Assembly (NCBI GenBank): GCA_035546035.1
Contig: DASZXC010000008.1
Span: 252,265 to 316,264 of the forward strand
Source of the DNA: Minisyncoccota bacterium
Lineage (GTDB): Bacteria > Patescibacteriota > Minisyncoccia > Phycocordibacterales > UBA6065
Reading direction: 5' to 3'
Length of the DNA stretch: 64,000 nucleotides
Part shown: positions 43,933-53,282 of the stretch, one piece after another
Layout of the letters: each line of letters starts with the position of its first letter
Position numbering within the stretch: position 1 is the first letter of the stretch
Made by a program: the position numbers and the translations under genes
The notes under the pieces: generated by a model
Told to the model about the DNA's origin: nothing
The model's input: only the letters and a program-made list of their open reading frames with translations
Databases searched by the model: none

Positions 43933-44349
43933 TCAAACGGCAACAGGTTCCTGGTTAAGGACGTCGTAGCTCACTTCCTCTAGATTTCCTGCGGGAATCC
44001 TGAAGGGAATGGGCTTGTCGGTGTCCCGGAACGGAAAGACCACGAGATCGGCGCCGTTCTCCCGTCTGATGAAGAGAAGGATGGTGCCGACTTCGAGGTA
44101 CTTGTCGTTGACCTTGGTCTTGTCCGACCATTTGATCTGCATGGGGACCAGCTCGATGAAGTGTCCCTCGTCGCTCGGGACAAGATGTCCGTCGCGGGGA
44201 GGGATGCGCCTCTTCGCCGTGATCCGTTCCGGCTTGCCGTCCGGGTGCTCGAGAAATCCGGTGATCTGCCCGCTCATGCCGGCGATCGTCGCGAATTGCC
44301 CGATCCTGAAAGGCCCGATGCCTTTTACGATCAGCGCTTTTCTTTTCAC
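43933..44349 (-). CDS. Orphan hypothetical protein
   Basis: Has its own promoter and terminator. GTG start inferred because the upstream in-frame part is AT-rich intergenic DNA. Confidence 0.55.
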   Translation of the reverse strand: MKRKALIVKGIGPFRIGQFATIAGMSGQITGFLEHPDGKPERITAKRRIPPRDGHLVPSDEGHFIELVPMQIKWSDKTKVNDKYLEVGTILLFIRRENGADLVVFPFRDTDKPIPFRIPAGNLEEVSYDVLNQEPVAV

Positions 44350-44743
44350 TCGATTCCTTACGTTTGAGGGTTTAGATGCAAAGAACAAATCGGAGAAGTC
44401 ATTCTCGCCTTTAAAAGCAGGGAGGTCAACTGTGGAAAAGTCTTTGATACAGGGCTGTAATAGGACACTATATTGACATAAGTAAATTAATATATTGTAA
44501 AGTTTTCCTACTCCCGCGATCATGCGGAGGACGGCTAAGCGCTGTTTCGGTCCAGATGTCTTTTATATTTCCAGGACGACAGACTAGGAACGGCTTTCAT
44601 AAAGGACATCGAATAGGGTATCGGAGCTCAGTTTGTCTTTTATGTGTCCTTTATAGCCAGCGCCGCTTGCGATCCGGCCCCACATTGAGCCATTTCTTTG
44701 ACATAGAGGCGTATTTGCCTAAGGTGGAGATAAGTCGCCCACG

Positions 44744-47700
44744 ATGCAAATCCTTCTGAAGCTTAGGAAATCTCACGTTAAAGCGCTTTCCGCAGCGCTC
44801 ATTTCTGCTGTCCTGGCGCAGCCTTTCATGGTGCTCATGCCGACCCAGGCGTATGCCGACAGCGCATCGGCGGGGCAGGTATACACATTCAGCAATCCCG
44901 GCACGACCAGTTGGAATATTCCGGTCAACGCTACCCAGATCCGCATCAAGGCGTGGGGCGGCGGCGGAGGCGGCGGTAACGGCGCGAAGACGGGCAACCA
45001 CAATATCTCGGGCTTCGGCGGCGGCGCGGGAGCGTATGCCTCGGCCGATTATTCCGTTTCAGCTCCGAACGACTCGCTTACGATCACGGTCGGCGCGGGT
45101 GGCACGGCATATCAGACCGGATCTATAGCCCTCGGCGGCTCGAATAGCGAGATCCGAACGTCGGGCGGCACCATCATCGCAGGCGCGGGCGGCGGCGGCG
45201 CGGGCGTCTCTGGCGTAGACGGCGGAACCCAGGGATCCGGCAGCGACGGCCAGTCGGGCCAAGGAACCGGCGGCGGGCTTCCGGGTACGACAAATAACGG
45301 CGCGGGTGGCCATGGCGGCACTGCATATGCAGGCGATGTATTCCTTAACGGCGGCGACGGAGGCCCTTATGCTTTCGATGGCGATAACCCCTACGCGTCT
45401 GACGGCGGGTCTTCTCCGTTCGGCGGCGCGGGCGGTTCGCGAGGACGCTGCGGACGCGACGGCGCATGCCCAGGCAGCCAGCCTGGAAGCTCATTGGCCC
45501 AGGACGGCGCATTTCCTGGCGGCGGCGGAGGCGGTTCCGATGTCGGCACCGGCGGCTATGGCGCGAACGGCCAGGTCACGATCGAGATCCTCTCGACGTC
45601 CGGTCCCGCAGACCAGGCTCCTATCGGTTTCCTCGATTCCGTATCGTGTTCGAGCATAAACGGCTGGACTCTCGATCCTGATACGCCGGCGATCTCGAAT
45701 ACCTATCACATCTATATGGACGGCCCTGCTGGTTCAGGAACGGTCATCGCCGGTCCTACGGCAAGCGACCCTCGCGGCGATGTGAACAATGCTACCGGCT
45801 ATGCGGGCGATCATGGATTCAGCTACCCAACTCCTGATGTTTTGAAGGACGGTGGAACTCATCAGATCTACGTCTACGGCATTAATACGGATACTATCGA
45901 TCTGAATCATACGAATACGCTTCTTAACAACAGCCCTATGACGCTTTCGGGCTGTACTCTGCCTAGTAATCCCGGCGGCGGCAATACCAATAACGGCCTC
46001 TCCGTCTCGATCAGCGCGACGCCTTCGAGCGTGACGATCCCGAACGGCGGATCGGCTCCGGTCTCTATAACCTCGACCGCTGCCTATACCTCGAATACCA
46101 TCACTCATCATGGCCTTGAGGTTCGTTTCAACGGCGGCGCATGGCAGAACGCGGGCGCATGGCCGATTCCTGTCGCGAACAGCGCGCAGGTCTCTGACGC
46201 GTCGTTCACCACGCTCGACCTGACCCAGGCGGGATCGTATGATTTCCGCGCATATGCTTCTGCCGACGGCGGGGCGAATTACGTATATTCCTCTATCCAA
46301 ACCGTATCGGCTACGACGGGCAACGGAGGCGGCGGTAATAATAGCCAGGGCGTAAGCGTCGACCTTTCCGTCGCTTCCTCGACCGTTTCGATCCCGAACG
46401 GCGGCTCCGTCCAGCTTTCTATGGTCTCGGCCGCGACGGTCACCGGCGGTACGGCTCTTACTCAGCATGGACTCGAAATGCGCCTCAACGGCGGCGCATG
46501 GATGAATGCGGGAGCATGGAACGGACTGGTCGCGAATGCGCCGCAAGCGACCGATGCGTCATTCTCGGCTCTCAATATCAATCAGCCTGGCGCCTATGAA
46601 TTCCGCGCATATGCATCGATCGACGGGACGAATTACGTCTATTCTTCGATCCAGCCTGTTTTAGCGGCCGGAGGTCCTGGTCCCGGCACGCCTCTTTCCG
46701 TATCCGTTTCCGTAAATCCGTCGTCTGTTTCCATTCCGAACGGCGGTTCCGTCGCGGTTTCCGTCACCTCGACCGCAAGCTATGGCGGCAGCTCTATCAC
46801 GCATCACGGGCTCGAGATAAGCTATAACGGCGGCGCATGGATGAATGCGGGAGCATGGCCGAATCCTGTTCCGAACGTTGCCCGAACCTCGGACGCTTCT
46901 TTTGTCGCCCTTAATTTGAGCCAGGTGGGCACCTATGATATCCGCGCCTATACGTCCACTGACGGCGGCGTTACCTATGTGTATTCTGCTCCGCAGACCG
47001 TAACGGCGACCGTCGGCGGCGGAGGTGGCAATAACGGCACGACGACGCTTTCGGTCACGATGACGGCGACCCCGACCGCGGTCATCATCCCTCCTTCGGG
47101 CGGCGGTGCCACCATTTCTATAACCTCGACGGCTAACGTCCCGTCAGGTGCTACCCTGACCCAGCATGGTTTGGAGATGAGCGTGAACGGCGGCGCATGG
47201 CAGAACGCGGGCGCATGGAATAATCCTCTTCCGAACACGGCCCGCATTACCGATGCGACGTTCCCTATGCTCACGCTCACGATCCCGGCCGTGTACACTT
47301 TCCGTGCATATGCTTCGACTGACAATGGCGCTACCTATGTCTATTCGCCGGTCCAGACGGTTTCCGCGGAACCTCTTTCCGTAGACATCTCCGTCAATCC
47401 GACATCTATCACGTTCACGTCGGCAGGACAGATTATTCCTGTTTCGATCACGTCGACCGCGACGTATACCGGCACGAACGGCGCTCTTTCGCACCACGGC
47501 CTCGAGATGCGCCTCAACGGCGGCGCATGGCAGAACGCGGGCGCATGGAACCCCGCGTTGCCGAACGTTCAGCGCTCGACCGACGCGTCGTTCACCGCGC
47601 TCGACCTGACCCAGGCGGGATCGTATGATTTCCGCGCATATGCTTCTGCCGACAACGGCGCTACCTATGTATACTCTCCGACCCAGACCGTGACGGCGAC

Positions 47701-48751
47701 TTCGACTGTCAATAACGGCGGTAACAACGGCGGCGGCAATACGGGCGGCGGGGGAGGCTCGTCTGGCGGCGGCTCGGTAGGTACCGGCGGCGGTACCGGT
47801 CCTAATGGCGCGTGTATCGGCAACTGCCCTCCTACCTCTAATGTAAGGATGGTCTCTTCAGGCGGCGGCGTTATCCCGGGCGATATCTGGATCCTCATCG
47901 ATTCGGTAAAGGCAGCTCCTGCGTCAGGTCCGACCGCTCCCGAGCTCGTCTGCCCGTCGGTCAATCTCATAACCAAGTTCCTCAAGGCGGGGACGCAGAA
48001 CGATCCTAACGAGGTCCGAAAGCTCCAGTATTTCCTCAATACCTATGAAAATGCCGGCCTTAACGTAGACGGCGTATTCGACGCGGCGACGGAAGCCGCG
48101 GTAAAGGCGTTCCAGAACAAATATGCCGATGAGGTATTGGCTCCGTGGGGCGCTAATACGGCGGCTACGGGCATCGTATATATAACGACGGCGCGCAAGA
48201 TCAATCTCGTATTCTGCGCCGATCATCCGAATTATGACGGCAGCGACGTAAAGGACATCATTGATAATAATGTCCTTAATAATCCGACGCCTGACAATTC
48301 AGGCGAATTCCAGGGCGTCATAGGCCAGGCTACGACCTCGCCTAACATAGCGGGCGTATTTGGCGCCTTTACAGGCCGTCTTATGGATATCCTGCGCAGC
48401 CTTCATCTCTATCCGCTGCTGGTACTCCTTCTCCTTCTTCTTGGAATGGCCTTTATTTTGCAAGGGACCTTTATAAAGGACATCAACTCCTTGAAAGCCT
48501 TGGCTGCCTTCATGCGCGGCATAGCCATCCTTGCCGTAGGCTCTGTCCTTAATGTCCTTAATACATTGTCCTTTATGCTCAATCCTGCATGGCTTGCGCA
48601 GAAGACGGGGCTTACGCTCGCATGGGTGCTGGCGCTCGACGTAGCGAATGCTCTCGCCGTAGTCGCGGTCTGTATCGCTATCCTCCTCGCTCTCTATAGC
48701 AGAATCGTGGAGCTCGAAAAGAACGCTTCGGATATTCCGATCAATAAATAG
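44744..48751 (+). CDS. 1335-aa surface protein: Gly-rich domain, five Ig-like repeats, peptidoglycan-binding domain, 3 C-terminal TMs
   Basis: WGGGGGGG Gly-rich block, 5x HGLE..NGGAWxNAGAW, EVRKLQYFLN..DGVFDAATEAAVKAFQ. Confidence 0.9.
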   Translation: MQILLKLRKSHVKALSAALISAVLAQPFMVLMPTQAYADSASAGQVYTFSNPGTTSWNIPVNATQIRIKAWGGGGGGGNGAKTGNHNISGFGGGAGAYASADYSVSAPNDSLTITVGAGGTAYQTGSIALGGSNSEIRTSGGTIIAGAGGGGAGVSGVDGGTQGSGSDGQSGQGTGGGLPGTTNNGAGGHGGTAYAGDVFLNGGDGGPYAFDGDNPYASDGGSSPFGGAGGSRGRCGRDGACPGSQPGSSLAQDGAFPGGGGGGSDVGTGGYGANGQVTIEILSTSGPADQAPIGFLDSVSCSSINGWTLDPDTPAISNTYHIYMDGPAGSGTVIAGPTASDPRGDVNNATGYAGDHGFSYPTPDVLKDGGTHQIYVYGINTDTIDLNHTNTLLNNSPMTLSGCTLPSNPGGGNTNNGLSVSISATPSSVTIPNGGSAPVSITSTAAYTSNTITHHGLEVRFNGGAWQNAGAWPIPVANSAQVSDASFTTLDLTQAGSYDFRAYASADGGANYVYSSIQTVSATTGNGGGGNNSQGVSVDLSVASSTVSIPNGGSVQLSMVSAATVTGGTALTQHGLEMRLNGGAWMNAGAWNGLVANAPQATDASFSALNINQPGAYEFRAYASIDGTNYVYSSIQPVLAAGGPGPGTPLSVSVSVNPSSVSIPNGGSVAVSVTSTASYGGSSITHHGLEISYNGGAWMNAGAWPNPVPNVARTSDASFVALNLSQVGTYDIRAYTSTDGGVTYVYSAPQTVTATVGGGGGNNGTTTLSVTMTATPTAVIIPPSGGGATISITSTANVPSGATLTQHGLEMSVNGGAWQNAGAWNNPLPNTARITDATFPMLTLTIPAVYTFRAYASTDNGATYVYSPVQTVSAEPLSVDISVNPTSITFTSAGQIIPVSITSTATYTGTNGALSHHGLEMRLNGGAWQNAGAWNPALPNVQRSTDASFTALDLTQAGSYDFRAYASADNGATYVYSPTQTVTATSTVNNGGNNGGGNTGGGGGSSGGGSVGTGGGTGPNGACIGNCPPTSNVRMVSSGGGVIPGDIWILIDSVKAAPASGPTAPELVCPSVNLITKFLKAGTQNDPNEVRKLQYFLNTYENAGLNVDGVFDAATEAAVKAFQNKYADEVLAPWGANTAATGIVYITTARKINLVFCADHPNYDGSDVKDIIDNNVLNNPTPDNSGEFQGVIGQATTSPNIAGVFGAFTGRLMDILRSLHLYPLLVLLLLLLGMAFILQGTFIKDINSLKALAAFMRGIAILAVGSVLNVLNTLSFMLNPAWLAQKTGLTLAWVLALDVANALAVVAVCIAILLALYSRIVELEKNASDIPINK

Positions 48752-48801
48752 TCAGATATCGGCTCGCGGTCGCAAGGGTCGGACTTTGATATAATTCGCA
48801 T

Positions 48802-49176
48802 ATGAGCAAATACACATCGTGGATCATTATCGGCATAGCGGTAGTTCTCATCATTGGCGGCATAGTTTGGTACGGCGATCAGCCAGGTCAGTACGATCAG
48901 TTCGCGACCTGCATAAAAGACAGCGGCGCGACGTTCTTCGGCGCGTTCTGGTGCCCTCATTGCCAGGAGCAGAAGTCGCTTTTCGGCAAATCGTGGAAGA
49001 AGCTCCCGTACGTCGAATGCTCGACGCCTGACGGCCAGGGGCAGACCGAGATCTGCAAGACCAATAACATAGAGAGCTATCCGACCTGGCAGTGGAAGTC
49101 GGGTGACCGAAAGACGGGCGTGCTTACGTTCGATGAGCTCTCGCAATTCACCGGCTGTCCGGCCATAAAGGGATAA
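48802..49176 (+). CDS. Extracytoplasmic thioredoxin-like protein
   Basis: GAFWCPHC, YVEC, IESYPTW. Confidence 0.9.
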   Translation: MSKYTSWIIIGIAVVLIIGGIVWYGDQPGQYDQFATCIKDSGATFFGAFWCPHCQEQKSLFGKSWKKLPYVECSTPDGQGQTEICKTNNIESYPTWQWKSGDRKTGVLTFDELSQFTGCPAIKG

Positions 49177-49181
49177 ATAGC

Positions 49182-49724
49182 ATGCTTGCAACCATCGTAA
49201 ATCCGATCTGGGGAGCTCTATCCGTCGTCGCACTCATACTCTCTGCGCTCCTTCTCGCCGCACGCTTTTCTCCGGCGCTCCGACAAAGCTCGTTCGGCCG
49301 ATTCTTCGCGGATAAAGGGCTCTTGGTCGCATTCGTCGTGTCGCTCCTCGCCACGGCAGGAAGCCTCATATATTCAGACGTGATCGGCTATGAGCCGTGC
49401 AAGCTCTGCTGGTTCCAGCGCATATTCATGTATCCGCAGGTCATCCTTATGGGCATAGCGCTCTGGAAAAAGCATGACTGGATGAAGACATACGGCCTCG
49501 CGCTCTCGTGCATAGGAGCGGCGATCGCCCTCTATCACATATCGGGGCAGTACGGCCTCGCGCCTCTGCCGTGCGCCGCCGTCGGGCAGTCGGTATCGTG
49601 CGCAAAGGAATTCGTCCGCACGTTCGGATTCATAACCATTCCGGCCATGTCCTTCTCAGCATTCTCCCTTATCGCGACGACGCTCTGGCTTTCCATACCA
49701 TGGTCCACTCCATCGCGTACATAA
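49182..49724 (+). CDS. dsbB: Disulfide bond formation protein B (BdbC-like)
   Basis: GSLIYS, PCKLCWFQRIFMYP, second Cys pair, FGFITIP. Confidence 0.9.
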   Translation: MLATIVNPIWGALSVVALILSALLLAARFSPALRQSSFGRFFADKGLLVAFVVSLLATAGSLIYSDVIGYEPCKLCWFQRIFMYPQVILMGIALWKKHDWMKTYGLALSCIGAAIALYHISGQYGLAPLPCAAVGQSVSCAKEFVRTFGFITIPAMSFSAFSLIATTLWLSIPWSTPSRT

Positions 49725-50197
49725 CGGCTCTGGTACTCCTCGCTCCGGCGATCCTAATGGCATTCGTGCCGATGCTTCCGGCGCTTACCTATATGTTTGT
49801 GGTGGCGCTCGCATTCGGCGTCATTGACCGATTCACGGCGCTTTCCGGCATGGATGTGCTGATACTCCTGTGCATCAGCCTGACATCGATCGTTATCGAC
49901 CATACGTCAGGCCTTTTGGGCGCTAAATACGGCGGCGCGCATACGAAATCGCTCCTCTGGGGAATGCTTGGCGCGTTCGCAGGGCTCTTTATCTTTCCCG
50001 CATTCGGGAGCTTTATCGGACTCTTTTGCGGCGTATTGATCGCAGAGCTCTATTTCCGCCGAAAGCATGAAGATAGGGGAGGAAAGGCTCTCAAAGCCGC
50101 GGGAAGCGCCCTGTTGGGCACGGCGGTCGGCGTCGCCGTGAACGTGGCGCTTTCGATCGTCTTCCTTATCCTTTTTACCGTTTTCGCCCTCAATTAA
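49700..50197 (+). CDS. DUF456 family membrane protein
   Basis: VPMLP, LGAKYGG, GSFIGLFCGVLIAE. Confidence 0.85.
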   Translation: MVHSIAYITALVLLAPAILMAFVPMLPALTYMFVVALAFGVIDRFTALSGMDVLILLCISLTSIVIDHTSGLLGAKYGGAHTKSLLWGMLGAFAGLFIFPAFGSFIGLFCGVLIAELYFRRKHEDRGGKALKAAGSALLGTAVGVAVNVALSIVFLILFTVFALN

Positions 50198-50680
50198 ATG
50201 TCTAACGGAACGAAAATAGCCATAGCGGCGCTCATAATCCTTCTCGGAATCTATGCATTCTTTGCACTCGATATTCCTTACAGGTCTTCTGACGAAGCGT
50301 CTTCGACTCCGATTACAGGCGGGACGAATTCGGCTGCCCAAAGCGACCTGCCATTCCTGACGTCGCCGGCTTCGGGCGCGGCTATATCGTCTCCGGTCCA
50401 TATGACGGGCGAAGCCCGCGGCAATTGGTACTTCGAAGCATCGTTCCCGATCGAAATCGTTTCGGCGAACGGCACGGTCCTCGGCACCGGGCATTCCAAT
50501 GCGACGAGCGACTGGATGACGGCCAATTTCGTTCCGTTCACCGCCGATATCTCGTTCAACGCAGGCTCGTCATCGGCCGGATTCATCAGGATCAAGAACG
50601 ACAATCCGTCGGGCGATCCCGCTCGCGACAAGCATTTCGATATCCCCGTTATGTTCGCCACATCGTCGAAGGTCAGATAA
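50198..50680 (+). CDS. Gmad2 immunoglobulin-like domain protein
   Basis: GEARGNWYFEASFP, DWMT..FVPF, DNPSG. Confidence 0.88.
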   Translation: MSNGTKIAIAALIILLGIYAFFALDIPYRSSDEASSTPITGGTNSAAQSDLPFLTSPASGAAISSPVHMTGEARGNWYFEASFPIEIVSANGTVLGTGHSNATSDWMTANFVPFTADISFNAGSSSAGFIRIKNDNPSGDPARDKHFDIPVMFATSSKVR

Positions 50681-50689
50681 TATAAAGAT

Positions 50690-50995
50690 ATGTCATCGCT
50701 TATCCACGCCGATATCTTCTTTTTCATCTCGACGATCGCGCTCGTGCTCATATCTATCGGCATATGCATCACGCTCGTCTATGTCATCGCTATCCTCAAA
50801 AACGTCCGGGAAATGACCGATAAGGGCAAGGAAGAATGGGACGAGATCGTTTCGGACTCAAAAAAGCTCCGCTTGGCGCTCCGCGACGAAGGCATGAAAT
50901 GGAAACATGTCGTAGACCTCGTGCGTACCTTCTTTGTGAGGGACTCCGAAAAGCGATCCGTCAAAGCGGTCAAACACAAGGCGGTCAATAAATAA
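50690..50995 (+). CDS. Membrane protein with a coiled coil
   Basis: HADIFFFISTI plus TM. Confidence 0.8.
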   Translation: MSSLIHADIFFFISTIALVLISIGICITLVYVIAILKNVREMTDKGKEEWDEIVSDSKKLRLALRDEGMKWKHVVDLVRTFFVRDSEKRSVKAVKHKAVNK

Positions 50996-51003
50996 CTATA
51001 TAT

Positions 51004-51423
51004 ATGGCAGATCATAAAAATGGCGCCACAGGCGCTATCATCGCGGGCATTGCGGGACTGACGGCTGCGGCGGTCGGGGCATATTATCTGTACGGCCACG
51101 AAGACGCCGCTAAAAACCGGGCCAAGGTCAAAAGCTGGATGCTCAAAGCCAAAGGCGAAGTCCTCGACGAGCTCGAGAGCGTTCGAGATGTCACTGAATC
51201 GGCATATATGAGCGCCGTTGACGTCGTGGCGCAGAAATATCGCGAGCTCAAGAATATAGATCAGGACGAATTGGCCGCTTTCATAACCGAGATGAAGGGC
51301 CATTGGCAGGGTATTCGAAAGACCTTTGAATCGCACGCTTCGCCTTTGTCCGCAAAGAAAAGCGCCAAGGCCGTTGCAAAGCCGTCCGGCAGGAAAGCTC
51401 CCCGAACTCCGAGGAAGAAATAG
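51004..51423 (+). CDS. Hypothetical protein with a basic tail (YtxH-like anchor)
   Basis: AAAVGAYYLYG, KSWMLKAKGEV. Confidence 0.8.
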   Translation: MADHKNGATGAIIAGIAGLTAAAVGAYYLYGHEDAAKNRAKVKSWMLKAKGEVLDELESVRDVTESAYMSAVDVVAQKYRELKNIDQDELAAFITEMKGHWQGIRKTFESHASPLSAKKSAKAVAKPSGRKAPRTPRKK

Positions 51424-51443
51424 CGGCGTGCTATCATATTCTC

Positions 51444-52202
51444 ATGAAGACATCGTGGGGAGGCGTCGCTGATTGGTATGACAAGGTAGTGAACGACGAG
51501 GACTCATACCAGTCCCAGGTCGTCTTGCCATACATTTTGCGCCTCATAACCCCAAAGAGGGGCGACAATATATTGGATCTTGCCTGCGGGCAGGGATTTT
51601 TTTCGCATGCGCTTGCCGCTGAAGGCGCTCGGGTGACGGGCGTAGATATCGCCCCGGAGCTCATCGATATCGCGCGAACCCACGCGATGCATAATCAGGA
51701 GTTTTTCGTGTCTTCCGCGGACGATCTGCGCGCGTTCAGAGATAAAAGCTTCGATGCCGCGCTGTGCATCCTGGCCATTCAGAACATAGAGAGCATGGGC
51801 AAGGCGTTCAAAGAGGTCGCGCGCGTTTTGAAGACGGGAGGGAAGTTCGTCCTGGTCTTGAATCACCCGGCATTTCGCATACCGAATAAGAGCTCATGGG
51901 GTTTCGATGAAAAGACGAATAGCCAGTACCGCCGCGTCGATGAATACGTATCCGAAAGCCGTTCCGCCATAGACATGCATCCAGGGCAGGACGCAGAGGG
52001 TAAAAAAGAGCTTACCTATTCATTCCACAGGCCGATCCAGGGATATTCGAAGGCGCTCGCCAATGCGGGCTTTGTCATAGCGAGGATAGAAGAGTGGATG
52101 TCGCATAAAGAGAGCGAAAAAGGGCCGCGAAAACAGGCAGAAGATAAGGCGCGCAAGGAGTTTCCAATGTTCATGTGCATTGAATGTGTGAAAAGTTATT
52201 AA
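51444..52202 (+). CDS. Class I SAM-dependent methyltransferase
   Basis: ILDLACGQG, GVDIA, RVLKTGG. Confidence 0.92.
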   Translation: MKTSWGGVADWYDKVVNDEDSYQSQVVLPYILRLITPKRGDNILDLACGQGFFSHALAAEGARVTGVDIAPELIDIARTHAMHNQEFFVSSADDLRAFRDKSFDAALCILAIQNIESMGKAFKEVARVLKTGGKFVLVLNHPAFRIPNKSSWGFDEKTNSQYRRVDEYVSESRSAIDMHPGQDAEGKKELTYSFHRPIQGYSKALANAGFVIARIEEWMSHKESEKGPRKQAEDKARKEFPMFMCIECVKSY

Positions 52203-52259
52203 AAAATCTTCATTTTTTCTTCAGGTCGGCTTGCTATACTGAAGCCATATAAAAAAGCC

Positions 52260-53006
52260 ATGAATACATATTCGATCCCTAATCTCGACAGGATGATGAC
52301 CCTCGATACGGCGCCGGGCGAGCGCCAGTATGTGTACAAGCTCCGCGACCTTCCGGAAGCCGACAAACCGCGCGAGAAACTGCTCGCGCATGGCCCTAAC
52401 AGCCTTTCGATCGTCGAATTGGTGGCGATCATCCTGAATACCGGCACGGTCAAAGAAGACGTGCTTTCCATGGCGTCTCGCATCATCCGTGAATATGGCG
52501 AAAAAAGCTTTGCGTCCCTCGACGATGCCAAAAGACTCTCCGTTGATCTCGATATTCCTTTGGTAAAGGCTTGCCAGGTCGTCGCATCGTCTGAATTGGG
52601 CCGTCGATTCTATAAAAAGCCGGGTGGCAGGAATATTGCCATCAGGAATGCCAAAGACGTTTCGAATTATGTCCGCGATATGCATGAATTGCCGAAGGAG
52701 TATCTCCGCGGCATATACCTCAATAACCATCACCGCATCGTGCATGACGAAGTCCTTTCGATGGGCACTCTCGATGCGAACATCATTCATCCGCGCGAGG
52801 TTTTCAAGCCCGCATTCGAATACGGCGCTTCTGCGGTCATTCTCGTTCACAACCATCCATCGGGCGTCACGACGCCTTCCGGCTCCGATATAGAGATAAC
52901 TCGTCAGCTCGTCGAAGCCGGAAAGATCATGGGCATAGCGCTCGTCGACCATGTGATCGTAAGCAAGGGCAAATACACGAGCGTGCCTGCTATCTATCAG
53001 GAATAA
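52260..53006 (+). CDS. radC: RadC family JAB-domain protein
   Basis: KPREKL, HPREVF, HNHPSG..PS..D, DHVIV. Confidence 0.93.
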   Translation: MNTYSIPNLDRMMTLDTAPGERQYVYKLRDLPEADKPREKLLAHGPNSLSIVELVAIILNTGTVKEDVLSMASRIIREYGEKSFASLDDAKRLSVDLDIPLVKACQVVASSELGRRFYKKPGGRNIAIRNAKDVSNYVRDMHELPKEYLRGIYLNNHHRIVHDEVLSMGTLDANIIHPREVFKPAFEYGASAVILVHNHPSGVTTPSGSDIEITRQLVEAGKIMGIALVDHVIVSKGKYTSVPAIYQE

Positions 53007-53019
53007 AATCGGCGGCTCG

Positions 53020-53268
53020 ATGTACTATTCATCTCTCAAACCCGTATACCTGACCCTTCGAGACCTGCCTGAAGGGGTCGAACAGCCTATACAGACGAGC
53101 TATCTCAATATGCTCATGGGCATGTTCCTCCGTATCCTCGTCAAAATCTATTCTCCCGATGACCTCGTCGAAGAAGACAGGGCGAAGCTCCGCAAATACC
53201 TCGAACGCATATTCGAAGCGAAGGATGCCCTTATGGGCAAAGACACAGGCAACGGCCGCGACTACTAG
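53020..53268 (+). CDS. Small hypothetical protein
   Basis: Starts 13 nt after radC; codon usage matches neighbouring genes. Confidence 0.65.
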   Translation: MYYSSLKPVYLTLRDLPEGVEQPIQTSYLNMLMGMFLRILVKIYSPDDLVEEDRAKLRKYLERIFEAKDALMGKDTGNGRDY

Positions 53269-53282
53269 CGCTGTCGCGATAA

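Noticed and set aside
29614-44439. DnaA-like boxes (29614, 38135, about 44431) as oriC
   Set aside because: Single scattered boxes with no cluster, unwinding element or dnaA/dnaN nearby.
46196-47653. Near-identical repeat pair as a DGR template/variable repeat
   Set aside because: Both copies are coding parts of one gene, there is only one mismatch, and the window has no reverse transcriptase.
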